Of a DNA stretch of 64,000 nucleotides, positions 26,495-40,827 are shown one piece after another. The stretch lies in NCBI GenBank assembly GCA_951406725.2, contig OX597818.1:67642001-67706000 (forward strand), in the 5' to 3' direction. Below the pieces are notes generated by a model. The model saw only the letters and a program-made list of their open reading frames with translations, did no database searches and was not told the origin of the DNA. Position 1 is the stretch's first letter; each line of letters opens with the position of its first letter. Source of the DNA: Octopus vulgaris (lineage: Eukaryota). Made by a program: the position numbers and the translations under genes.

Positions 26495-27460
26495 GACTAT
26501 TATTACGATTAAAAGCCATAAGCCAAACTCTTGTTCTAACCCCAAATGCCGGGAGTGCTTCGAACGTTGTTTAGCAGCGCAGCACCAACCGTAACATGGT
26601 TTAAAGTAAATAACAGTCGGCGTCGAGTAAGATTTGATTTAGATCATTTTTACCTGTCTGTATCAAGGGAGCTTCTATACAAAGCCCTAAATTTCGCTAC
26701 AACTTACTATAATATTAGAGGTGAGGATACATGAATACACAGGCATGTCAAAAAAAAAACTCTACTTTTCAACAAAGGGCCGTCCTGCGTCAGGAGAACT
26801 GTCGTAGAAGGCCCCTTTGTCACAGCGATGGGCGCATATGAAAGTGTTGAAGAATGAAGGATTTGGATTTTTTCCTGAATTTACTTGCAATAAAATTCTC
26901 TTCAAATAACCATACCTTCTACAGAGGCGATACCTTCAAAATATGGAGAGAAATATACCGAAACATTTTCGACAGGCTTAAAACGCATATCACCAACACC
27001 AACAATGCCTTTGCTCTCAATGTCATAATAGAAACCAACCTGAGGATGGTGCATTTCCCTGATATTAGACTTGGAATACGGGAGATTTTACGTCCTTAGG
27101 AGGCCATACAAGAAGCAGAAGTACGTCAACTAAACTTTCCCTCATCCAATCAGAACGGTTAGAAAACTGGTGAAAGGAGTCAGCAGGAAAATCTCCAACC
27201 CATCTTCAAGTAAAGAGATTTTGACGCTGCTCTCCTGTGCGACAAAGAGGCCCTGGCTGTGACTGGATTTAAAAATCGGTTTAGTTATCCGCCAGATCTT
27301 AACTCCTCCAAGACAAAACGACACAGGAAGGTGTTGTGATTCTCCCGTTTCACCTGAAGCAGAAAAATGGTATGAGTGGCATTTTCTTTATAAATATTTT
27401 CCCTGTACGAATAAGGTTAGTCAAGTTTTTAATAGGCACACCTTCAGTGTTAGTTAGGCC
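26495..27460 (+). pseudogene. Decayed Penelope-like reverse transcriptase
   Basis: Collinear degenerate motifs: ITIKSHKPN..NPKCR (~ITLKDHK.NF..NPKCR), RFDLDHFYLSVSRELLYKALNFA (~FDI..FYPSI), FVTAMGAYESVE (~FDVTMGSYDGAE), FYRGDTF (~LYRDDGL), VHFPDIRL (~VNFLDVTL), and VFNRHTFSVS. Confidence 0.8.
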
Positions 27461-27678
27461 CGGCCCTGAGACAGGCACTTTGCTCATGTAGGTATAACAC
27501 CACCTCTTCTTAACAATTGATGCGACATGGAAACAGTTGTATATGGCGCAGATATAACACACCGTATTAATTAATCTTGCTGCATTCTAATGTAGGGTTT
27601 TGATACCCGGTGCGAAACCGATTGATAGCATTGGCTATTGTGCATATGTAACAGAGTATACTTTGATATATATATATT

Positions 27679-27764
<86 letters not shown>

Positions 27765-28834
27765 AAGGGAGAGAGCGGAAGTAACAGAGAGGGAGAAACA
27801 GAAGGATGTGTGGGGAGAGAGGGGCAATTTGTGGATTACAAACTGATTTTCATTAATGCTCATCTGACAGAAGTGAATTTCGAAGAGGTGTGAGTAGACG
27901 ACTTTAATTTATATATGTTTTTTCCTTTTAGTAAACGGTGGCAGCACTGTAAACTGCTGAATGTTTTTTTTTATTGGCATACAATGAAACGTGCTCTCTG
28001 AATTCACGATACTTTCTTACATGTGCAAACAGGCAGAATTGTTTCTCCTGATTTCACGGATGCAAATTAATCTAGCTGATCCCTCAATTTTGGATACTCC
28101 TAATCATAAAACATCGAGTAATTGACTTTATCACGCGAAAGATTATTGATTTCCAAGAAAGAAAATAATTACAGAGTCAGTTTTAATGGAAAGCAAAGAT
28201 CAAAATAATTTTTTCCCGTTATTTTCGATACAAGAGTTTGTCAATATGATTATCAATGTAATTGTTATGAAACGCTGTCTCCTAGGAACGAAACACACAA
28301 TCTGCTTGCAGCATATATTCTATAGATGTTTGGGAATAACTTGGAATATCGATTTCTTATAATGAGATTCAATGTAGAGCTCATAATTGGCCAAATAAAT
28401 GAGAGTGAATGACGTTCATGCCTTTTTTATGCGAAAATTTTATGTACGAACCGAGATATATCAAGAAAAAATTACTAACAGAGATATTTAATATATTTAA
28501 AAGACTTCTGTAAGTTGCCGAAAATATAGATTTCTTTCTAAATAACACGGATTTTATGGGGGGAAGAAATATTACATCGAAGCAAGTTTATGCTTCTTTT
28601 AATAGCAAATGCGATATAAGGGAAACACTATACTTTCACCCTGGAAATGAAATTGTTTTATTTTTTGAAAGTGCTTACTCAAAGGAGGAACAACAGTGTC
28701 AATCATATATCTGCTGAGCTTCTGAGATTTGTAGTAGAAAGCAGAAGGAAATCATATGTACGACGGAGCATTAACAGTATTTGTTGTTTTGAGGTGGGTA
28801 AAATAAATCAAAGATAGATTTAATCTGCCATATA

Positions 28835-29366
28835 CGAAGGTGAGTCAAAAGGTAATGCACTTTTGTTTATGACAGGTACAATTACCAACAAAGGAACATG
28901 TATGATACATCAACATGAAGCTGGTCCGCTGTGAAATATATCCCTATTTCTCAACATAGTCACCGTTTCTCTCCATAGCAATGTTCCACCTTCGAATGAG
29001 AGCATGTATCCCTGCCCCATAAAATTTTGTTGACTTTCCTTTGTGCCTCTTCTTCACTACAGTTTCCAATTCCTTGTTACTGGACTCTCATCTCTTCGGC
29101 CCCATGAAAGAAGGTTTCAGAGGCAAACGTTATTCCAGTGACGCGGAATTGAAAACTGTAGTGAAGAAGTGGCTCAAAGAACAGTCAACAGAATTTTACA
29201 GTGCAGGAATACATGCTCTCATTCGAAGGTGGAACATTGCTATTGAGAAAAACGGTGACTATGTTGAGACGTAGGGATATGTTTCACAGCGGACCAGCTT
29301 CATTTTGATGTGTTGGTAATTATACCTATCCTAAACAAAATGGCATTACTTTTTGACTCACCCTCG
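28835..29366. mobile_element. mariner-derived fold-back MITE made of two inverted 3' ends
   Basis: TA|CGAAGGTGAGTCAAAAGGTAATGC ... GCATTACTTTTTGACTCACCCTCG|TA. Arms ~28835-29072 and ~29145-29366 are reverse complements. The plus strand encodes the mariner C-terminus DSHLFGPMKEGFRGKRY...GIHALIRRWNIAIEKNGDYVE. Confidence 0.9.
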
Positions 29367-30294
29367 TATTTTTATTGAAATTCATTTTGTTTTATTGAGA
29401 TCCAATGACAGTTTGTATTATAACAGTTTTCGATGTTCTATAACCCCAAGTCTATCCTAATCCAGGGTATCGTTCTGATAATCCAGCATTAAGCAACTAC
29501 ACTACCATAATATCATAAGATCACGTTTACTAATGTGTCCTGCTCTTTTCTGGAGTCGACAGCGACGGATAATTGTCAGTGAGATCTTAGAACTTCAGCC
29601 ATCATATATTGTTCTTTTCCTTTGTCTCATTATCTGAGGATTTACATGAATTAGGAATTGTTATATCTCATTAGAACAAACCCAATAAATTACTGGTACC
29701 TCATTTCTAGCTACGATATAATGAAATTAATTACTGTTCGCCTCGACTTCTCGATTCAATCCAGCATATCGTCGAACATAATAAAATATGTAAAATGTCG
29801 ATTAATTTCCTTTATCCCTGTCGACATTTATTTTGAATTGACTTGCAAAATAAATTTTTAAAAACCTAATATTACCTATAAAATACACCACCCCTTACGT
29901 CTATGAACAATATATCATTTTCCCAATTCACACTTCTGTTTGAAGACTCATATTGACTGCCATTTCTACAGAAAAAACACCCTTTGTGGGTAACATAAAT
30001 AATGGCTAGTTGAATTCATTAAACGCTGTTTCCACTAAAATGCTATCGATATCTAAAGAACATCAGTTGTATAGTAGCTAGCCATCAGATCGATGCAATG
30101 CTCTTTATCTTTTTTAGTCATGTGACCTAAATAATCTCGTGAAACGGAGCTAATTTTCTCCAGTAGAAATTAGAAGCTCATTCAGTTTCATGAGGACGCT
30201 CTTACAACATGGCGTAATTGATAAATAAATAAGAAGAATAAGTCAATACAAACGTAAACAGATATAGATAGATATAGATATAGACAGATAGAGT

Positions 30295-30359
<65 letters not shown>

Positions 30360-30780
30360 GTAGTTTGGTTTGTAATCTTGGCCAATGTGTTGAAGCAAAA
30401 TGCAGACACATACTACTTCAAAATTGCTAGTTATTCTTTGCGGCGTCTGCTTTTGGTTTGGAATAAAATTTTATGGAACCAATAATGCTTTCAGTAAAAT
30501 AGATCATGCATAAATAGCTTCATCTGCAATCAAAGATCTCCTGGAAATTCAATTTAAGTAGAATATAGACAGAAATAAAATAAGATCATTTCATATCTTA
30601 TCACAGAAATCTAAGACTGCTGTTTTGAATTTTAATAAGATCTTTTGATTAGAAATATTGCTGAGAAAAGTCATTCCAAGTCATATTTATATCGCCCTAT
30701 TATTACACACACACACACATACGCAAACACACACACATACACACACACATACACACAAACATTCACACACTCTTGTGTGC

Positions 30781-30829
<49 letters not shown>

Positions 30830-30882
30830 TATATGCATACACAAATGAATATATTTATACATACAGTCGTACGTACACACAC

Positions 30883-30924
<42 letters not shown>

Positions 30925-31276
30925 AAGAACGACACAAATACGCACACATACGCACACACGTATAGTGTATTTGCTTGTGTCTATGTTTATCTCATGTTTG
31001 GAAGAATGAACAAGCATTATCCATATGCGTATTTAGTCAAACATGTTGTTGGACATATACACAAACTGTGAACGAGTGTAGAATACAAAAACAAATCTAC
31101 ACACAGCAAACACTAATACATTCATACACTGTGTTTTATTTATCAATACTTTGCTGCTATTTACATATGAATTCCTGTACATACATATAAAGTTATATAC
31201 ATGTGTGTGTATGTGTGTGCATGTGTATGCGTGTGCAAGTTTTTGTGTATGTGTTTGTGTGTGTATATATATATAA

Positions 31277-31332
<56 letters not shown>

Positions 31333-31343
31333 ATATAATATAT

Positions 31344-31389
<46 letters not shown>

Positions 31390-33093
31390 TATATATATAT
31401 GTATATAATATATATCTATATATAGAGATATATCATATGTATGTGTATATATATATATATATATATCCCTCGCGTAATTTCCTTTCAACTTCATATATGT
31501 TTATATACATATATGTATATATGCGTATATGCAGGCGCAGCTATATTTGTCCGTGTGTATGTGCATGTATATCTACATAATGGAAACAGATGTGCTTAAC
31601 AGTTCTCAAATCAAATCATCTCAAATACGGTTATTTTCCACTAAATGATAAATAAATTTCTGAAATATTAAGAGCTATTTCTATATCTAGGCACAGGAAA
31701 TAAAATTAAATGGAAACACTGAAAGGGAAGTGAACTAATGAAGTATCATTCTTCCGTAATATCCCCACCCTCATATCACTATTTCGTACTTAAATGAGAG
31801 AATTTAGTCCACATTCTCACTTTCGCTTTTTATTTTTTTGCTCTTTATTCACAAAGGTATACTACGTCGATCATAAATGGATTTACGGGGTCGGTATCAT
31901 AAAAGTGTTGGACAGAATTCTTCTCGTTCTCTAATCTCAATTCAGATTCTCCAGTGTTAATTTTGTTTTTTATCCTTTCGATCTCCTCTTAACTGAGTCA
32001 AGCTTATATACTGGAGTTGAAGATATTAACTAACAGCATATACTCAGGCACATCTTTCCATATGCTACGCGTATATGAAAGGAGCATCCTTTGTCACAAG
32101 TCTACACTTCCTTTAATTGTATACAAAAATCCTAATTAGTCATTACTAAGCAAACGTAACTCATTTACGTCGCCGTTTTCAAATGATTTCTTCCGGCAAA
32201 GAAGTACATGCATTTGTAACCTATTGTTGCCATGACTGATTCTTTAACTGAATTGGGCGCTTATCTAAACGCTCTCTTTAATTGTAATTCTAGCAATAGA
32301 AATGGCCTTACTTTGTTAACTTCGCTTAAGCTTTATTTGGCACTGTTCCTCGTTCTCCTGCTTTTCTTTGACCAAATAAAATATCTCATATTTCAAAATG
32401 TCTTAGTTTCACTTTCGTTTCTATTGCTTATATTGGGTCTTGCCTTTGACATTTCTTTTATGTGTTTTATGTCATATCAGTAATTTTGCTAGTGCCATCC
32501 TACCTCTGTAGATACCATACGGGATAATATAAACAAAATAACATAATACCGAAAACGTTGCTCTTGGATATATATTCCAAAAGCCGTTGATTAAAAATGA
32601 TTATAAAAAAATTATTCTCTCAGTACCACTTCGTAGGCTATAAAATAGGAGCTGAGCACTGAGATTGTTTTAACGGATTATCCATTATACAACTCCCCGT
32701 AAAATCACAAGGCCTGTACCGAATTTTAAGCCATAAATATCAACATTGATTCTCTATTTCTTCTTCTTCCTTGCCGTGTTTCTCTGCTTTTCTATTCATA
32801 TATACTCTAGTTAATTTCTTTACTAATGTAGAGTCTCACCATGATGGATATTACCTCCGATACCACATGTTTGGTGTGGTGTATCTCGTCGTTTCATGTC
32901 GTTCTCCGTCTCTAGACATTCTGGCCAATAAAAGATATTATCATTGTTGTTGTTGTTGATCTACTATTTCTTCATTTTCTTAACTCCTTTTTCTTCATCT
33001 TTTCTTCTTCTCGTTAAACTTCTGTTTCTACTCCTTTTTTCTTCTAGCTGCTGTTGCGACTGTTCTTGTTGTTTGTGTTCTCCTCATTATTAA

Positions 33094-33156
<63 letters not shown>

Positions 33157-33299
33157 ACTAATACCATATTAGATATAGCATGCTTATTACTTCCAACCGA
33201 AACAAATCGTTATTTATTCAGAATCTAAAAACAATATGTAAGATAACAAAGAGGCAACATCACAGAAGATTGAACCAAGATTAAATCCAAGCGAAGAAG

Positions 33300-33652
33300 T
33301 CATAGCAGCGCACCAGGCTCATGCATCACATATGTGTCTGACATTTGAATCTCATATCAAAATAAGCAGCACGCACAAGGCCTTGTGCTGGGGCCCAGTT
33401 CGTGTTTTCTTCAAGCGGAGTAGTACATGCCACTCAAATAATCCCTTAAATGTTGTCGTTTAAGGATGATTAACGAAACGCTCATTCTTCCAGAGATGAA
33501 TTATTCAAACACCAAATAATTCCCCTCTTTAGGTGGCAAGTTGTGAAGGACATCCCACCAAAAACATCCTTGAATAACGGTTGTTTAACGATGGTGAACA
33601 AATTACCTGATTCCAGTGCTGAATATCGAAACTCCAAAGAATTCCTCTCAAC
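33300..33652 (-). mobile_element. Diverged partial copy of the (AAT)n-flanked ~560-bp repeat, with internal tandem duplication
   Basis: Homologous to 52590-52810 in reverse (GGGGCCCAGTT, TTTAAGGATG, TGAATTATTCAAA); block 33420-33530 is repeated at 33550-33650. Confidence 0.6.
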
Positions 33653-33671
33653 TTTTATTATTATTATTGCT

Positions 33672-33710
<39 letters not shown>

Positions 33711-33870
33711 ATCATCATCATCATTATCATCATTATTATTATTATTATTATTGCCATCATCATCATTATTATTCATAATAATATTAGCAACAGCATCGTC
33801 AACAACGACAACAACAACATTTTTTTATTGTTAGCATCATTAAGAACAAAATTAGAAACAACGGCAGCGA

Positions 33871-33971
33871 AAAGAAGAAGAAAAAGACGACGAAGAAGAA
33901 GAAGAAGAAGAAGAAGAAGAAGAAGAAGAAGAAGAAGAAGAAGAAGAAGAAGAAGAAGAAGAAGAAGAAGG
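33871..33971. repeat. (GAA)n microsatellite
   Basis: Direct inspection. Confidence 0.97.
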
Positions 33972-34519
33972 AAACATATTATTTAGAGATGAGAACTAAA
34001 GGTTGATGGTAGGGGCTAAACGTGTAAATCCATCCCAGCCCTTCCCTGAAGTTGTCTCACAAGTCTAAAGATAGAACTGGTAATAATAAAAATGATGTAG
34101 CTAGACAGAAATAATAAAACAAGAAGAAAAAGGATCGTATAAATGGATGGGCGAGTGACCATATATGGCGATTCGACACACCAATGACTCGCTCTTCCTC
34201 CAAATACACTTTCCTACCATACAATAACCAATTGCGAACACTTACCAGGTTGTTTCTTCGACCATTGCTTACATTTCCCTAGAATTTACGTCGGAGTAGT
34301 ACTTCTGATCATGCTCATGAGCAAAGGTATTCGATTTATAACCATAGCGCGTTATGGATTTCTAGTAATAGTATACCAAAGATGATGTTTTTGAAGATTT
34401 TAGGTCGTGGCTTCTGTGTGAAGTTTTGCTGATTCTTGTAGATCGACGGATAATGCTGGCCCTTTCGTCATTTGCAGGACGAGATTAGAGGTTTCATGCT
34501 ATTAAAGAGGCACTGTTGA

Positions 34520-34700
34520 AGGCCCGTGGCGATGTGGCTAGGGTGTTCCGTTCAAGATACTAATGTTGTCAATTCGATTCCCGGCGGCCTGTTGTGTTCT
34601 TTAGGAAAACATTTTATTTCACTTCACTCCAAACCACGAAAGCTGCAAATATGAGTTGTACCTATAATCCCAAAGAGCCAGTTTTGTCACTTTAGGAATC
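34520..34700 (+). mobile_element. Old tRNA-derived SINE head
   Basis: TGGCGATGTGGCTAGGGTG...AATTCGATTCCCGG, resembling the head at 9812. Confidence 0.45.
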
Positions 34701-36422
34701 ATCTGCATCACCCTAAAACCTTCTGCGTGTCGGGGGGGGGGGGGGTGAGCAGCCTCTTTCACGGTAATTTCACTCGCAAGATGCTGTATGCATAATTCAT
34801 TGGATCAACTGGAACACTCGTTGTTGTAACCGACATAGTTCCAGGCAGTGTGTCAAAATGAACACCATCGTATTTTGATGATACTGTGGATAGAAAAGGA
34901 GAAATGATCAGCAGAAATATATTGGTGAAATACATGGGAAAAGAATAATAATGAACAGAACGACTTAAATTGGGTAAAAGTCTGAGATCATCAGTAACAC
35001 ACCAGATACATCTTTGATAGATACTAAACATGACAAATGAAGAAAAAGAAATTTACTTGGCAACGAAATTGTCAGTCGGGGTCAGATTCACGTTAACAGT
35101 TCAAGTGTAACAGAAGTAATGCAGTATTTAATCTAGGTTAAAAAAAAGATCTTGACTTGTGAAAATGGGTTTCATATTTAGCAACAGAGAAGAATAGATG
35201 GTTCAAGATTAATATTGTTTTTTGGTTTCTATTTTTAGACCGATATCAAAATTCTTTATTCAGTTCTCAAAAGAATTACTCATTTTCGTGATTCCTCTCT
35301 CGTCGGAAAGAGTCTTGATGATGTGTAGGAAATATCTGGTAGCACCATCATTATCTGCAGCCTATATATGATGAGTAAATAAGCTGCTCGATAGCTGCGT
35401 AGTCTGCAGTAAGTGTCAGCTTTAAAATAATTATACCAATACAACGAATTCGTCTTCCACTGTACTGGAGTACATTTTGCTCAAACCCCGATAAATTGAT
35501 TTCTGATAATGGAGTGGATCGAATTAAATGCTAATGGATTTTCTCTTTTATGCAATAATATCATCGAATCTCTCTTTTTATGAGGTTAATATATGTATGT
35601 ATGTAATTGTCACGAGATCCAATGACCAAATGATTACGTTCCAAACATTGATTTCTCCTGCAAACTAATTCACTTCTCATGAGTTGGTGTTGAAATTCAA
35701 ATTATGCTTGCCACGTTTACATGGCGCCTTGTTCCCATGAATACCGAATTTCCATGATTTTTCAAAATATAATAGCTCTATATGTATTCAATAAAGCATA
35801 TATATTTCGTGTTGGGGTTTACTTTAGAAGATTCTTTACGCGAGTTCGTGTATTGAAGTATATTTTGTTGTGTCTGGAGAGATGTCATTCCTTTTAGTGC
35901 CTTATTATTTAACACATTCACCGGTAACGTATTAAAATATATAAGCATCAATATAAAGGATAAAATTAAAGATGGATAGTTATTAACCTTCATTTAACAA
36001 TATTTCATTAATGAAAATATTATTAATATATTTCATTATTTTTATTATTTAGTGTTAATCTTTATTTTCATCCTTTATTTGTATTCATATATAATTTAAT
36101 TCATATTATAATTATTATTATTTTATTTAAATAAAAACAAAAATATACAGGCATGCACTCACGCACGCACACAATAAACACTCTTTCGTCTGCTTAGGCT
36201 GTTGAAGTATTTCAACTCATCATAATGTAAAATATGTAATGTCAATTTTGCCCTGCAAATCACCCACACAGGGAACTCAAAATGCAAGCATATTATTATA
36301 TGTTTTGTAATACAAATTGAGTGTGAAGTGAAACAATTACAGGCAATGTTAATTGATTAATGAATCAATCTATATCCATTGAATCTCTGTGTTTTGAAAC
36401 TTAACATATTATATATATATGA

Positions 36423-36497
<75 letters not shown>

Positions 36498-36638
36498 GAT
36501 ACATATTTAAATAATATAAATTAATTAATCTTATGTATTGGCTTAAGTTTTTCATTGTATGATTTGCCTAATAGTGGTTTTATCTCTAATTTAATATAAT
36601 ATATATACATATATACATATACACACACACACACACAC

Positions 36639-36688
<50 letters not shown>

Positions 36689-36847
36689 CTGACTGTTCAT
36701 GGCTTTGGCGTGCCTTGGTCGCTTTTTCACTTCAGTTTGCCATTTGGTAAATTGCAAAGAATATACAAATATTCATGCTTGCTTACATATATACATACAT
36801 ATATAGATATCCACACATACACTTACACACACACACAAACACACACG

Positions 36848-36884
<37 letters not shown>

Positions 36885-37233
36885 TCACAAACTATGGTGG
36901 TTTAGCTGGGGATCTAAAGGATTAAGTACGCTAGGTAGTTGGTGTAACGCTTTACTAGGGCTGCAAAGTTGTAGCCAAGATGGTAGTTATGGAGTCATTA
37001 CAGATCTCCGATATAAAGGATATATAATTCTTAATGAGGTAAACAAACGCTAATGCAAGGCAAACATCTTAAGTGATATACATTATTATTATTGGGAAAA
37101 AATTCAGTCTTACCGCTACTTCTGAGGTATCCTAGATGTCACAGAAACAGCTGTAAGACTTTGAAATTTTTCTTCGAATAATTATAAAGTATATCACTTT
37201 TGATGTTTGCTTTGCCTTGTTGACCTCTTTAAC

Positions 37234-37308
<75 letters not shown>

Positions 37309-37344
37309 TATGTATGGATGTATGTATGTATGTATGCATACATA

Positions 37345-38188
37345 CTAACAGAAATACCCGGCGTTGCACGGGTTAGAGAGAATAATAAAATTTATAAACG
37401 CAGTCTAGATTACTCAGATCTCAACGGCTAGCAGCTGAGACACCAGCTTTCTACATTAATAATCCTCCAACCCATGCTAAAGAATGTTTGCAACTCATAC
37501 ATGTATATTAAAGTTAATACACGTAATACGAAAACCAAACTACAGTTACAGATTATAAAAAATGAAAGGTCGATTTTGCTGATTCATTTGACAGATGTAG
37601 TAGAGAGCAAATGGGATCATATATCTGACCTTGGATCTTGAAAGTTTTTTCATGAATCCTGGCCCAATTAAATCTCTTGTGGCTCCAAATGATGTCATCT
37701 GCATTGCAGCGTTGTATTGTCTAATTTTGTTTTGGAAGTTCCTGGAATCTTTGTCACTTTGTGACAACAGTTTCTTCAAAGTCTCTTCCAATACTGCAGC
37801 ACAGGGAAGGTGACTCTCTAGGCTACTTCCTCGACGGGAACGGACGACGCAGACTTTAATTTCAAAAGTGAAGTGTTTAGTGAAAGCCTTTATGAGAGAA
37901 AATTCATTTTGAAGACATGAAATTCCCTGCTTGCTGACGAGCGAACCGATCTCGTGTATACACTGACCGTTCTCGGACTCAACTTCAACCGATCAAAGGG
38001 AAATAACTCCATCACGCTTAGATGACTCGCTTAGAAGGGAAGTTTTTACAACTTGGTAAGCAAAGCTGTATTCTTACGCCCAGAAGTATAGATATCGAAT
38101 GTAAAAGGACAACAGATGTTACGAGTCGCTTATACTGCTTAGGGAAAAATAGGTATGAAACCAACGACTACATTAAATATATATATAT

Positions 38189-38190
<2 letters not shown>
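37345..38190 (-). mobile_element. Internally deleted Helitron carrying a Rep/helicase N-terminal fragment
   Basis: 3' hairpin CCCGTGCAACGCCGGG followed by a TTAG end (CTAG variant) on the minus strand. ORF 37546-37791 ETLKKLL..SRNFQNKIRQYNAAMQMTSFGA...GFM, then TFKIQGQIY in a shifted frame, matches the RepHel IR.YN.AF.MTSFG...FKIQGQ.YH motif. Confidence 0.85.
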
Positions 38191-38257
<67 letters not shown>

Positions 38258-38651
38258 CTTTATATATATATATATATATTATTGAAGTAGATAAATGAAT
38301 TATCTTATTACGAATAATTCAAATGATAACCATTTTTTCCTACACTTAATATATATATATATACACGTAGAAGAAATAAAGATGCAAGGGAATGAAAAAT
38401 TCCACCGCAATCTTCATCACGTTTTAGCTGTTTCTGCTGTAAGATGCTATGCACACATATTTGAACGAGTGTGTTCTGGCCAATAGCATTACGAGCAGAT
38501 ATGACGTTTTTGTATCTTTTCCCATAAGGAAATTTTTTTCGTCACTGTAGCTACATTGAATCTACCTTTAAAATTCAAAATATGTCACAAACAAATTTTA
38601 ATTAACCTAAAGTTCCTTATTACTCAATACAATTTAACACCAATAATACTC

Positions 38652-38701
<50 letters not shown>

Positions 38702-38725
38702 TGTGTGTGTATGTATGTATGTATG

Positions 38726-38756
<31 letters not shown>

Positions 38757-39549
38757 TAATAAGGTGCAATGGTTTACCGTTGTTGTAAGTTTAACCACGT
38801 TACGTAGAATCTAGGCCGTATAGAATGTCACTTAACTCAAAATTTTGCTAGTGACGTATATATTTATGAAAAATATATTTTATTCTACATTTTCGAACGT
38901 ATTCTGTCATACTATATGACAGGCAGTATTAACATTTGGATTATGGATGCCAAATATATGAATGTTTACATACCAATGCTTCTGTGTTGAGTTCTGTGTG
39001 TGAGTGCCAATGTGTTTGAATGTCTGTGTTGTGTTATGTTTGTGCGTATACTGTAGACAGTGACAGAGATAAATATACAGGTTACTGTATGCATATTGAC
39101 GCGCATAAATATTACGCATAAATATTATTCTAGTACTAACTCCTTACCTGTACATTTTTACAAATAATATTTGTGACACAACGGAGAGTGTAAAACGGTA
39201 ATAGAGAAACAGAGTAAGAGACTTGGAAAGAGAGAGAGAGAGAGAGAAATAAAGAAAGAAAGAAAGAAATGGAGGGGTGGGGGAGAAAAATAGATATCAA
39301 TAAATATAATGTATTTGCATTTACATAGAGAATATATAAATATGGTATACTCTGCAAGATTCTCTATATGAATATGGAGAACTTATTACTGTTTTCCATT
39401 ATATCTTTTCACTTCCGGCCTTTCTCTGTATCTCTCTCTGTTCCTCCCTCTCTTTCTCTCTCTCTCTCTGCGCACAGGCACACACACAGACACACACTGT
39501 ACATATCAAACACATTAATAGGCACAAACACGCGTATATGCATGTATGC

Positions 39550-39646
<97 letters not shown>

Positions 39647-40750
39647 TGTTGTAGATATAAGTGTATTTGTGTATTTTGTGATTCTCCTTTGCTAAGTAGC
39701 TGAGTTGCATGCGTACTTCGATTTCCAGTTGAATTAATGCGGAATTTTCTTCAGGAAACCAATGATACTAGAACATTAAGCAATTCTATTAAATGGAATT
39801 ATGTGTGTATATATGAGTATAACTAACAGCTTTTGTTAGCTGTAATCTGGTGCAAAATTTCAATGTATATTATTATCAAAATAGCCTTATATAGAAATGC
39901 TCTTGCTTCTACAAGTTCTGTAAAAGATACTGTTGAGAATAGTGCTTCGAAACTAAAAGTGATATAGGAATCACCTTCTAAAGGACCTTAGCTTCTATCC
40001 AAGCTTTGTCATGACTTTCCCAGACATGACCACCTGCTAAGAAACGTTCACAGAGTTTGGACACGAGAAGAGTATTAGACTTATTTATAACGTTTCTATA
40101 AGCAATATTTTTGTGACACCCCTAAGATGGCTTGAATGGTTCGTAATTTTGCAACTGTTATTTTCCTGGTGTATATTAAATTTTCAACTGTCAACAATAT
40201 TTTGTCATATACGAATGGTGTGTATTTGGGGTCTTACAATTTAGGCTACGTTGTATAATTTTCTATTGTGCTTTAAATTTTCACTTAATTCTTGGCCGAT
40301 TTATTTCTCTATCACGTGATTATAATTTAGACCATGAGTGGAGACTCAAATTCATAATGGAAACAACCCTTTAATAATAATAGAAATCTATTTAATAAAA
40401 TTTTAATTTTAATTTAATTTAAGGGCATTTAATTTTTCCTTTGTAGTACCGCGACCGAGCCATTGATACCGCTCTATTTATTCTATGAATTTAAGAGTTT
40501 CCAAGCTTCCTACGGGCCTCTTATATGTACGTGTTTCACGCGTTGTTGAATCTCACACAACTTTTTGTGAATGTGATTGTTGTGCTTGTTTGTGTATTTG
40601 ACAGCCTGACGTTTTCGTGCATGTACGGTTTTTTACTGGTTTTATTTTGGTAAATGTGTGTTCGTGTTTATGATCATTGAATTTTGTTGAATTTGATCGT
40701 AGTTTAACCTTACTTGCAAATTAAATTCCTAACTTAAACACACGCACATG

Positions 40751-40786
<36 letters not shown>

Positions 40787-40791
40787 TATAT

Positions 40792-40827
<36 letters not shown>

